DNA of 64,000 bases, taken from contig JAZDKB010000019.1 of assembly GCA_043803405.1 (NCBI GenBank), positions 128,001-192,000 of the forward strand, written 5' to 3'. This stretch comes from Spirochaetota bacterium. Lineage in GTDB: Bacteria > Spirochaetota > UBA4802 > JAFGDQ01. Positions 9,917-18,601 of this stretch are shown here, piece by piece; within the stretch, counting starts at the first letter, position 1, and each line of letters begins with the position of its first letter. The notes beneath the pieces are model-generated. The model was not told where the DNA came from and made no database searches. It saw only the letters and a list, made by a program, of their open reading frames with translations. The position numbers and the translations under genes are program-made.

Positions 9917-10132
9917 ATGAGTAATAGAAAAGGTATAGAAGCTTTTGTTTATGTTGTAGCAGCTATTCTATGCGTTATTCGTATCGATTTTTGGTGGTGG
10001 GGGACAAAGATCTATCCAATCTATGCTGGCTGGATCACTGTACCAATGATTTATCAATTCTTCATCTGGCTCGCAGGTACTGCATTAGTTTATATTATAT
10101 GCTTTACTGTATGGCCGGAAGACGAAGCATAA
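9917..10132 (+). CDS. small 2-TM accessory protein of solute symporter (DUF3311-like)
   Basis: RIDFWWW motif, two hydrophobic segments, strong RBS AAGGAGGT, directly upstream of an SSS gene. Confidence 0.8.
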   Translation: MSNRKGIEAFVYVVAAILCVIRIDFWWWGTKIYPIYAGWITVPMIYQFFIWLAGTALVYIICFTVWPEDEA

Positions 10133-10153
10133 AAAAATAGGGGGTAATAATCT

Positions 10154-11623
10154 ATGTCTGGATCAAATATTCAGATTCTTTTAATCCTTGCCGCATACAC
10201 AGTCGGGGTTATGGTGCTCGGTCTTATGAGCTATAAGAAAGAGGCAAATATATCGGACTATCTAATGGCAAACAGGGAATTCAAATTCTTTGTTTTGTTC
10301 GCCGCGGTATTCGGTGCTAACATTTCTGCTGTAACGCTGGTTGGTCTGCCGGGTACTTCGTACCATGTCGGCTGGATCACATGGCCGTATTTTGCCACTA
10401 CATGGGCATGGCTTTCTCCGCTTCTCTTTTATACAATAGGTCTAAGAACCTATAAACTGGGAAAGAAATACGATGTTGTAACAATATCGGAACTTTTCGC
10501 AAAGAGATGGAGAAACAAGAGTATCCAGTGGGTATCCGCGTTCTTTTTGCTTTTTTATATTGTTCCTTATATGATGGTCGGTATTATAGGCGGCGGCAGA
10601 TCGCTTGCCGGTATTACTGGGGGATTTGTTCCTTACTGGCTTGGATGCTTTCTTGTAACTGCAATAGTTTGCGGTTATGTTCTTGTTGGCGGGATGCGCG
10701 GAGCTGCATGGGTAAATACATTCCAAACAATTATATTCCTTTGTGGCGGTCTTGCTATATTCCTTGTAATAGTTTACTCGCTTGGCGGTTTTGAAACAGC
10801 AACAACCGAAATCGTTGAGAAATATCCGGAACTTTTAAATAGAAGCAAAATGCCGTGGCAGAGGTTCTTCAGTTATGGCATTGTTGTCGCACTGGCTGTG
10901 CCCGTATTCCCGAACGTGTTCTCCAGAATACTTACCGGAAAGAAACCTTCGGAATTAAAGAAAGTTGTTATGATTTATCCTATTGCCGGCGTATTCCTGT
11001 TCATTCTTATGGCATATTCGGGCATGTGGGGAAAGATTCCTTTCCCGGAATTAAAGGGACAGGCTTCGGATGCTATTCTCGCTATGCTTCTTAATAAATA
11101 CGCGCCTGCATGGATGGCGGGTGTTCTGGGCGCAGCGATCTTCTCAGCTCTTATGTCTACAGTAGACAGCCAGCTGATCGCCATAGGCCAGATATTCATG
11201 AAGGACGTTGTTCTTCCTTTAAGAAAAGACGGACAGACCAAAAAAAGCGATACAATGATGACACGTCTGGTGGTTCTTGCACTGGCTATTGTTGCATTCT
11301 TAATATCGCTTACCCAGCCTGCCGGTATTATCAAGATCATTGAGTGGGGCTTCGGGGGATTCGCGTGTATGTTCTTCCCTGTAGCTGCGGCTCTTTACTG
11401 GAAACGCTGCAGCCTTACTGCTGCATTCATCTCAGTAGTAGTTTCTGAAGGCCTTTCAATAATAATACCTTTGACAGTGCCTAAGGAAATGCTTTACGGA
11501 ATGCTGCCTGCATTCTGGTCAATAGTTGCCGGTCTTATAGTGCTTCTTGTTCTTGGGTTAATACTCCCTGCACAGAAGAAAGAAGAAACTGATGATTTCT
11601 TTGCAGCTATGACTGTTAAATAA
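10154..11623 (+). CDS. sodium:solute symporter family protein
   Basis: Many TM helices; DYLMANR, SAVTLVGLPG, GGMRGAAW, SALMSTVDSQL motifs. Confidence 0.93.
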   Translation: MSGSNIQILLILAAYTVGVMVLGLMSYKKEANISDYLMANREFKFFVLFAAVFGANISAVTLVGLPGTSYHVGWITWPYFATTWAWLSPLLFYTIGLRTYKLGKKYDVVTISELFAKRWRNKSIQWVSAFFLLFYIVPYMMVGIIGGGRSLAGITGGFVPYWLGCFLVTAIVCGYVLVGGMRGAAWVNTFQTIIFLCGGLAIFLVIVYSLGGFETATTEIVEKYPELLNRSKMPWQRFFSYGIVVALAVPVFPNVFSRILTGKKPSELKKVVMIYPIAGVFLFILMAYSGMWGKIPFPELKGQASDAILAMLLNKYAPAWMAGVLGAAIFSALMSTVDSQLIAIGQIFMKDVVLPLRKDGQTKKSDTMMTRLVVLALAIVAFLISLTQPAGIIKIIEWGFGGFACMFFPVAAALYWKRCSLTAAFISVVVSEGLSIIIPLTVPKEMLYGMLPAFWSIVAGLIVLLVLGLILPAQKKEETDDFFAAMTVK

Positions 11624-11655
11624 GCTTTAAGCTTAAAAATTACTTTGATAATTTT

Positions 11656-11690
11656 AAAACACCGCTGAGTAAAATCAGCGGTGTTTTTTT
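11656..11690 (+). terminator. intrinsic terminator
   Basis: AAAACACCGCTGA-GTAAAA-TCAGCGGTGTTTTTTT. Confidence 0.9.
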
Positions 11691-11755
11691 AGAAAGGTTT
11701 CTTTTAATCATAAGTAACCGCTGCATAAACAACCCAAATGACGAACTAATTATCA

Positions 11756-12577
11756 TTAACTGATTATGCTTTTGTAGGTTTTTTTCTGAAAGCAGATTTT
11801 TAATGTAGAGTCTTCCCAGCGTTTTCCCTGCTCAAGGCGTTTTACAAAATCCGTGCTGTCGCCGACAACTCGGCCGCCTACCACATCAACGCCGCAGGCA
11901 AAGAGCGGATCGGGAAAATATCCGGCAGTAGGGCCAAGAACGGAAACAAAAGCATCCGGTGAACAGTTGGCCAGAACATTATCCAGCGAATTGTTCAACA
12001 CAGTGACGCCTGTGCATAAAATTTTATTGCATGATGCCAGTTGTGTCACGTCAAGTGTGATCGGCAGGTTGCGGTATTTTTCCAGCAAAGATTCTTTTTT
12101 TTCTATTATGATCAACCCGGCTCCGGCCTTTCTAATAGTATCAATTAGCCCGGCAAACAGTCCGACCATGCCGATCCTGTCACCTTTCCCGACCGCAAGC
12201 AGCCCAAGCGAATCTGTGACAGTATCATACGGGAAGTTTGTCTCCTTCATTACGTGCTGGCAGACAGCATTAATCGCTGCCATGCTGATCATCTCTTTCA
12301 GGGGATCTTCATTGCCGAATTCGAGCGCAAATCTTTGCGGGTCCTTTCCCGCAAAATCCTCTGGCTTTAATGCAGCGTATTCCGGCATCTTCTCGTCGGG
12401 AAGAAGAATAAAGCTTATGCCGGTTGCGCCGCCTTCGAGGACAATAGCCATGAACTGGGCATCCTTGGGCTGGCCGCCTTTATGAAAAGGAGGAAGGAAA
12501 ATTTTCGCAATATGCGGGATAGCATACTTCGCACTTAACAAACCAATCATTTTTTTAAATTCATCTTTTAGATTCAT
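11756..12577 (-). CDS. DUF364 / Rossmann-like domain protein
   Basis: AAINA, IGMVG, TGVTVLNNSLD..L, LGPTA..P..LF..GV..VGG pattern; start uncertain (12577 or 12610). Confidence 0.8.
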   Translation of the reverse strand: MNLKDEFKKMIGLLSAKYAIPHIAKIFLPPFHKGGQPKDAQFMAIVLEGGATGISFILLPDEKMPEYAALKPEDFAGKDPQRFALEFGNEDPLKEMISMAAINAVCQHVMKETNFPYDTVTDSLGLLAVGKGDRIGMVGLFAGLIDTIRKAGAGLIIIEKKESLLEKYRNLPITLDVTQLASCNKILCTGVTVLNNSLDNVLANCSPDAFVSVLGPTAGYFPDPLFACGVDVVGGRVVGDSTDFVKRLEQGKRWEDSTLKICFQKKTYKSIIS

Positions 12578-12628
12578 AAAATACCTTGATCCGTCCGTCG
12601 CTGAAATCAATCGTACTTAACAATTTTC

Positions 12629-13582
12629 TTAAAGCTGACTGATTGCCTCACTTAGAATTGCGGCTGAAGAATGAAGCGCTGCAAGCTCATGCTCCGGAAA
12701 ATTGTTCTCGACGATTCTGCTTACTCCTTTGCCGGATACGATGCAGGGCACGCCGAGACATACATTGCGAAGTCCGAATTCTCCGTCGAGCATGGCTGAA
12801 ACTGTAAGAACACTGTTTTGTCCCCGGAGGATTGCGGCACTTATCCGGATAAGTGCAAGGCCCACGGCGAACCATGTAGCGCCCTTGTACCCGATAATGT
12901 GGTAGGCGGATTCGCGTACAGCCTGCTCAATCCTGGCTCGTTCGGCGGGCCAATCGTCGCAACGGCCGCAAACAGAGCAATATGCGTCGATAGGCATGCC
13001 GGCAATATTTGTCATAGACCATGCTGCAAATTCGCTGTCGCCGTGTTCTCCAAGTATATATCCATGAACGTTGTGAACGTCAACATCGCAATGAATGCTA
13101 AGTAAGTGCCTCAGGCGGGCGCTGTCCAGAACAGTGCCTGACCCCATTATCCGCGTACGGTCCCATCCGGTGGACTTGAGTGCAACGTAAGTCATAAGGT
13201 CAACCGGGTTGCTGACCATAAGTATTACTGCAGAAGAATTCTGCTCAATAATATCGGTCATAATACTGCGGATAACAACAGCGTTCTTCTTCAGCAGATC
13301 AAGTCGCGTTCCACCCAAACCATGTGTCGCACCTGCGGTGACTACGATCAGTTGTGCATCTGCGTAATCGGATTTATTGCCTGTGTGGATGGATACTGTC
13401 GGAAAGAACGGCTGACCATGTACCAGGTCGAGCACTTGCCCGCGGGACAGATCTTCGTTCTTATCGATCAGTGCGATATCTTCAGCCAGTCCGCTTTGAG
13501 CAAGTGCGTAGCAGAATGCGGATCCGACCGCCCCTGCACCGACTACCGTGACTTTCCGTCCCTTTGGCGAATAAGATAGCAC
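12629..13582 (-). CDS. ldh: L-lactate dehydrogenase family 2-hydroxyacid dehydrogenase
   Basis: VGAGAVG, TRLDLLKKN, SNPVD, GSGTVLDSARLR, GEHGDS, KGAT. Confidence 0.9.
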   Translation of the reverse strand: MLSYSPKGRKVTVVGAGAVGSAFCYALAQSGLAEDIALIDKNEDLSRGQVLDLVHGQPFFPTVSIHTGNKSDYADAQLIVVTAGATHGLGGTRLDLLKKNAVVIRSIMTDIIEQNSSAVILMVSNPVDLMTYVALKSTGWDRTRIMGSGTVLDSARLRHLLSIHCDVDVHNVHGYILGEHGDSEFAAWSMTNIAGMPIDAYCSVCGRCDDWPAERARIEQAVRESAYHIIGYKGATWFAVGLALIRISAAILRGQNSVLTVSAMLDGEFGLRNVCLGVPCIVSGKGVSRIVENNFPEHELAALHSSAAILSEAISQL

Positions 13583-13712
13583 TGTTTCTCCTTGACTGGC
13601 TGGTATTTTAGCTGATGCTCCTGCATTGCAAAAATAGCCGGTATAATTCTGTCAAATCGAACGATTTCAAACACCGGTAATAATTATAAGATAAGTTTCA
13701 CTGATTTTTAAA

Positions 13713-13740
13713 CCGGGGGCTTGCCCCGGAGAATTTTATT
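13713..13740. repeat. dispersed palindromic repeat copy 1 (GGGGCTTGCCCCGG.GAATTTTATT)
   Basis: CCGGGGGCTTGCCCCGGAGAATTTTATT overlapping the hemerythrin stop codon. Confidence 0.85.
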
Positions 13741-14272
13741 TTAGCTCCAGATCGGCAACTAATGCCTCGTACTTTTCATGTATCATTTTTCTGTCAAATT
13801 CCCGAAACTCTGAAAGCATCTCCCGATCTTCTTCTGCAGTAAAGTAATTCCGGGAAGCCGGAAAGAATATATTGTCTTCCTTCATAATATGTTTCGGATA
13901 AAACTCGGTGATAGTTTTAAGGCGGGCTATTACCCTCGGAAATGATGCCGAATCGCCGTTGTGGTAACGCGCATTGGCATCGGACAGTGATTGTGTGGTT
14001 TTTCTTCCAAGCATATGGTCCTTAATGAGTTCGTCCATCAGCTGATTATCTTTGTCCGACAGCTTTTTTTTCTTAAGCTTACTGAACAGGATGTCTTCTT
14101 CCTTCCCGTGATGTGTACGGTCTGCATATATCCTGATGAAATCAACTGCTGTATCAACAAAATACGGATCAATAAATAGCGTTTGTCCGGCAATTTCCAG
14201 TTTTTTCTGGATCACAGTGATCATCTTTTCGATCAGCCTGTGTTCTATCATAAGAGGTCCCCGCGCTTGCAT
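13736..14272 (-). CDS. hemerythrin (HHE cation-binding) domain protein
   Basis: LMIEHRLI, HHGKEEDILF, DH..GR, HIMKEDNIFF. Confidence 0.9.
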   Translation of the reverse strand: MQARGPLMIEHRLIEKMITVIQKKLEIAGQTLFIDPYFVDTAVDFIRIYADRTHHGKEEDILFSKLKKKKLSDKDNQLMDELIKDHMLGRKTTQSLSDANARYHNGDSASFPRVIARLKTITEFYPKHIMKEDNIFFPASRNYFTAEEDREMLSEFREFDRKMIHEKYEALVADLELK

Positions 14273-14448
14273 GTTTTATCTCCGTTTTTAATTATAATGA
14301 CACAGTAAATATTCCGCGTAAATTATAATCTGTGATAATATGAAAGTCAAAAGGAATTTATAAAATTGTATTTAACCTGCAATAAAAAAGGTTATTTCGG
14401 AAAGGGCTAAACAATTAACCATCGGGGAAGGTAAGGTATAATGTAGTA

Positions 14449-14979
14449 TTACTTTTCAAATTGTCTATCGACCTGAAAGAAATTAATTTCTGTTTTATTA
14501 TGAAAAAGATCGCGTACTTTCTCTCCGGGTTTATGGTAAGGAGCAGGACCGATTAAAAAATTCGAAAGATACATATTAAGGTGAGACAGATCGCCATCCG
14601 GCTCGGTTAACAGCCACATCCGTGCGCCTTTAATCAAATTATTCATGTTGCCTGACAGGCTTCTGTTTTTTGTGCGTGCGTAATTAATACTGCTCAACTC
14701 TTTTAATTCGATTTCAATTTTTTCTTTATCGAGTCCTATTGACTTTAACAATATTTCCAGTGACTGAATAAATCGCGGTATTATAGAGGATAATTTTTTT
14801 GCAGGTATAATGACGGACAACGTAGTTATTTCATTCGTAAAAATAATAAACTGATTACGGCCGATATTGAAATAATCTGCATACCAGTCACCAAGGATAT
14901 TGGAAGAAATAGTTCCTTCTTTGATCTTGGTAATATGAAGCTTTTCCAGTAATTTCTTAGTGCACCTGAGATTTACCAT
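14449..14979 (-). CDS. DUF6933-like protein
   Basis: LRCTKKLL..LGDWYA..NE.T.LS..TKNRS..G.MN pattern. Confidence 0.65.
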   Translation of the reverse strand: MVNLRCTKKLLEKLHITKIKEGTISSNILGDWYADYFNIGRNQFIIFTNEITTLSVIIPAKKLSSIIPRFIQSLEILLKSIGLDKEKIEIELKELSSINYARTKNRSLSGNMNNLIKGARMWLLTEPDGDLSHLNMYLSNFLIGPAPYHKPGEKVRDLFHNKTEINFFQVDRQFEK

Positions 14980-15004
14980 TAAATAATTTTCCGTAAAATT
15001 TTAA

Positions 15005-16156
15005 TTAAAGCGTGGTCATTTTAATTAAACGATCCTTTAACTCTCCTGGTAAAATATTGTTTGCTTCTACAAAGATCAGCCTTGGCACACCGCCAAAGAT
15101 CTCATAAGCCCGGTTTAGAATCCTGTCGTCCCAGATGTCCCTGATATCGTTCCGAATATATTTTTCAGCACATAAAGCCAGTCTCAAGCCGCCTAAAAGG
15201 TTAACGACCCAGCGGTTGCCTGCTCCTGCGATCAACTGGCTTTTATACGGATCGAACCATAATTTTCCCCCAAGAGGAACATTCGCCCTGATATAAAGCA
15301 GCCATGCAAGCGATACCATATCATGAGCTACTACGGACCCGGATGCGAATATAAGGCCGTACTCGGGTTGAGACACATATCCCTCGTCTGGTCCGCCGGT
15401 TGTAAGCACTTTGTCTGCAGTTGTAACTACAAGCCGCTGCTTTTTCAGAAGTGTACTGACTGTATTGCTTTCGGCAGCTTTCTCCTGAAGAGTGGAAGCA
15501 TCACCATGAAATTCAAGCCGCGTATCTGTCCGCCAGTAACCCACGGCATTTTTAATGCCTAGGGTGCTGCCTGTCAGTATATGACGGCTGCAGCGCGGCA
15601 TAAGTATAATGTGATCTACTTTTTTTAAAATGTCCGGCATCATAAGTCCGCGTTTCCAGTGCGAGCCTGCAACAGGGAAATCCTCATAAAAAGCATTCCA
15701 GCCAGCCTCCTCAAAAAAATGTATTTCACCGCCGCTTGTCAGAACAGGTTTTGCCAGGCCGGAGGTCACCATTAGATGCCGGGTGCTGCCCAGTACTCCT
15801 TTACGCGAAAGTTTTACGTGCTGTATACCTGCCATATCTCCCACGATTACGCGGCTAGCGCCCTTCTCCTTTAATATTTTAATCATCACCTCAACAGCTG
15901 TCGGATTCGTGGTGGCCGGGTAAGCATAACCGGAGTTAAGGGCAGGCTTGATAAACACATTGTCGCCTTTTGACAGCCATGAAAAGTCGGTAATTGTTTC
16001 TATAGTTGACCTGATTGCGGACTTCATGTCCTGTTCAGGCGATCCCTTCCGCACTGCTGCGAGAGCGACTCGGGTTTTGCTCCCGGATCCCGGAATTGCC
16101 GCTGAATTGGTGTTTACGGATGATCCTGAATTTTTATTGCAGTTTAATTTGTCCAT
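15005..16156 (-). CDS. DUF362 domain protein
   Basis: GDNVFIKPA, TTNP, GA..VIVGD, H..TG.TLGIKNAVG, VAHD. Confidence 0.85.
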   Translation of the reverse strand: MDKLNCNKNSGSSVNTNSAAIPGSGSKTRVALAAVRKGSPEQDMKSAIRSTIETITDFSWLSKGDNVFIKPALNSGYAYPATTNPTAVEVMIKILKEKGASRVIVGDMAGIQHVKLSRKGVLGSTRHLMVTSGLAKPVLTSGGEIHFFEEAGWNAFYEDFPVAGSHWKRGLMMPDILKKVDHIILMPRCSRHILTGSTLGIKNAVGYWRTDTRLEFHGDASTLQEKAAESNTVSTLLKKQRLVVTTADKVLTTGGPDEGYVSQPEYGLIFASGSVVAHDMVSLAWLLYIRANVPLGGKLWFDPYKSQLIAGAGNRWVVNLLGGLRLALCAEKYIRNDIRDIWDDRILNRAYEIFGGVPRLIFVEANNILPGELKDRLIKMTTL

Positions 16157-16348
16157 TGTAAAAAAACCGCCTTAAAAAACCGAGGGATTATGTGCGTTTC
16201 ATTACTATTATGTTTCCTCCCGGATTTAAATACGAATTAAAACAGGAAGATTAAGGTATTGTTTAGCTGATAGTAAAAATATTTTTTACACTTAATAAAT
16301 GCAATATATTTTTAAGTATTAAAGCGGTTTATTCTGGAGGCAGTAAAC

Positions 16349-17221
16349 TCAGAATTTTTGCAGAAACTTTTCTTTGAACTTGCATTTTCTGCATAAAAGC
16401 TCTACTGCCTTATTGGATAAAAATCCGTCAGATATATTTTTTGCTTTTTTTGCGATGATTATTTCGCTGAATTTTTGATTAAAAATATTGCCAAGATTTA
16501 TGACTCCTTCTCCATCAAGGCAGCAGGGTACAACCGTGCCGTCCGAAAGTATAGCTGCGTGGTCTTTTAACCCAAGACAAAATCCTGCAGGATTGTCATT
16601 CTCATCATTAATATCCGGCCAAATAAATTTATAATCGGAGTTTAAATATAACCTTTCGGCAATTTTAAAACCTTTGCCTGGAATTACTTTTTCTTCTAAT
16701 TTATATGGAAGCTGAAATTCTTTTTCCAGGAGTTCAAACTTTTTCCTGTTCTCTGCGGGCTGATTGTTGCAGGGGTCAAGGTTCCAGAAACGTAATGATA
16801 TAATAATTTTTGTTTTATTAAGAGCTTCTTTTGTAAATAAAATTACATTCTTAATGTATTCATCATTTATTCCGGATGATCCACTCTCATAACTGTGAAG
16901 CGAAAAATTTATTTGCCTCAGGGCCGGTTTTGTGATTAGCATTTCATGAACCTTGTGTATCAGGCTACTGTTTGTAGTGATATTAACTATAAATCCCTTT
17001 TCATGGCTAATGTCCAGTATTTCGCCGATTTGTCCATGAAGAAAGGGTTCGCCCTTTACATGCAAATAGATATAATCAGTAAATGGTTTTATTTCATCCA
17101 GAATTTTTATGAATGATTCAAGTGTTATAAATTCGGTTTTTCTTTTACTCCGAGGACAAAAGCTGCAATTCATATTACATGCGTTTGTGATCTCAATGTA
17201 TATTTTCTTAAAATGTTTCAT
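16349..17221 (-). CDS. radical SAM protein with SPASM/twitch domain
   Basis: EITNACNMNCSFC, KGEP, C-terminal FC..DGTVVPCC..GN..CRKC. Confidence 0.92.
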   Translation of the reverse strand: MKHFKKIYIEITNACNMNCSFCPRSKRKTEFITLESFIKILDEIKPFTDYIYLHVKGEPFLHGQIGEILDISHEKGFIVNITTNSSLIHKVHEMLITKPALRQINFSLHSYESGSSGINDEYIKNVILFTKEALNKTKIIISLRFWNLDPCNNQPAENRKKFELLEKEFQLPYKLEEKVIPGKGFKIAERLYLNSDYKFIWPDINDENDNPAGFCLGLKDHAAILSDGTVVPCCLDGEGVINLGNIFNQKFSEIIIAKKAKNISDGFLSNKAVELLCRKCKFKEKFLQKF

Positions 17222-17250
17222 TTATTAAACTTATGCATAATTTACTTTAT

Positions 17251-17366
17251 ATTTTGCCACGGAGTCACAGATACACTGAGTTTTTTCAGGGGGTTTGCCC
17301 CGGGGAATTTTATTATAAAAATAATTAATTTGTCTTCTCTGTAACTCTGTGCCTCTGTGGCAAAAT
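17251..17366. repeat. 116-bp inverted-repeat element (CACAGAG-type arms) containing repeat copy 2
   Basis: Arms 17251-17280 and 17337-17366 match at 24/30; internal CAGGGGGTTTGCCCCGGGGAATTTTATT at 17287-17314. Confidence 0.8.
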
Positions 17367-17509
17367 CAATTTGAATTTATCCGGCCTAAGCGTATAGTTA
17401 TGATACGCACACTTAGTAAAATTCAATTGACTTATTAAAATTTTCCTGTCAATATTTCTATATCTTCAATCTGAACGCAATAAAAAAACTTGTATTTATA
17501 GGTGCCTTT

Positions 17510-18382
17510 GTGATCGAACGCGTTAATATTTTTCTCGAAAGACTTGTCGACAGGCTGGCAGTACAACTCGATCTGATTGAATACTGCATTGTTTCAGGAA
17601 GCTGGATAAGATACAGGAACGGACTTGAGACATTAAAACCGAATGATGTGGATGTTTTACTTATAGGCAAGGATGCCGCTAATCTGGTTACTCCTAAGCT
17701 GGAGATTGCAGATATATGCAAAGAAACCGGCGGCATATATATCTTTTCCGATTTTGTTTCGCAACCGCCGGTAGAGACGCTTTCTAAACGCATATACGAT
17801 GACCCGACAGGGATTCATCTTTATTACTATGCAGACTTTAAACAGGCGATTGGCGCCATTTCCCCGTCCCTTTTTATTTCACTTATGCGCGACTCGGATG
17901 TGCTTTACGGGAACAGGGAAAAGCTGGAACAACTTGTGCCCCGGATTGAAAAACAGGCTTCCCTGCTTGCATTCGGCAAAAGGTTAAGGCTGCCTGCCCT
18001 GATTGAACAGTGGTATTCGCTTATGCTTCTCGGTAATGAGCATCTTGAGGCGGACGCGTTCGGCAGAGAGATGCTGTTTGAGTATTACAGAAAATTCGCC
18101 CGGTACATGACGAAGTATGTTCTCATTGAAGTTCTTAGAGAGCATGGCGTTGAGGCGGCGTCGGGCAACTGGAATGATATAAGTGCTGCTGTCATGAAAT
18201 CAAAACAACAAATAAGAATACTTAATATTGAGCAATATCTGAAAGTTTTATGCGAACTCTTTGATTCTGCTTCTAAGCTTGGCCCCAAAGACATTTCGCT
18301 GGTTAAGGAAATGTTTATTAAAAGTTTAAGATTATATGAATCGGCGCTCAAATGCTACGGGACGAATTCTCCCGTCTCTTAA
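17510..18382 (+). CDS. putative Pol-beta-superfamily nucleotidyltransferase with helical C-terminal domain
   Basis: IVSGSW...NDVDVLLI (hGS..DhD) motif. Confidence 0.55.
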   Translation: MIERVNIFLERLVDRLAVQLDLIEYCIVSGSWIRYRNGLETLKPNDVDVLLIGKDAANLVTPKLEIADICKETGGIYIFSDFVSQPPVETLSKRIYDDPTGIHLYYYADFKQAIGAISPSLFISLMRDSDVLYGNREKLEQLVPRIEKQASLLAFGKRLRLPALIEQWYSLMLLGNEHLEADAFGREMLFEYYRKFARYMTKYVLIEVLREHGVEAASGNWNDISAAVMKSKQQIRILNIEQYLKVLCELFDSASKLGPKDISLVKEMFIKSLRLYESALKCYGTNSPVS

Positions 18383-18477
18383 TGCTTTTGAATCCACCAA
18401 GCATATATGAAAACACTAACATAATTCCTTTGTTTCCGACTCGGCTGATGCCGGTGCGATTGCCCCTGGGAATTTTT

Positions 18478-18554
18478 TTTAACACTTTTTTAACACAACA
18501 GGCTGTTTCCTTAACAGTCTTTATATTGACTACAGTGTAAAATAATTATAAAAT
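18478..18554 (+). promoter_or_regulatory. kdp promoter with candidate KdpE box
   Basis: TTTAACAC-TTT-TTTAACAC direct repeat (18478-18496); TTGACT-N17-TAAAAT (18526-18554). Confidence 0.6.
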
Positions 18555-18601
18555 CATGAGAAACAAACCAAATGCAGTGTTTTTAGGGTTAAGGAGGGAA
18601 T

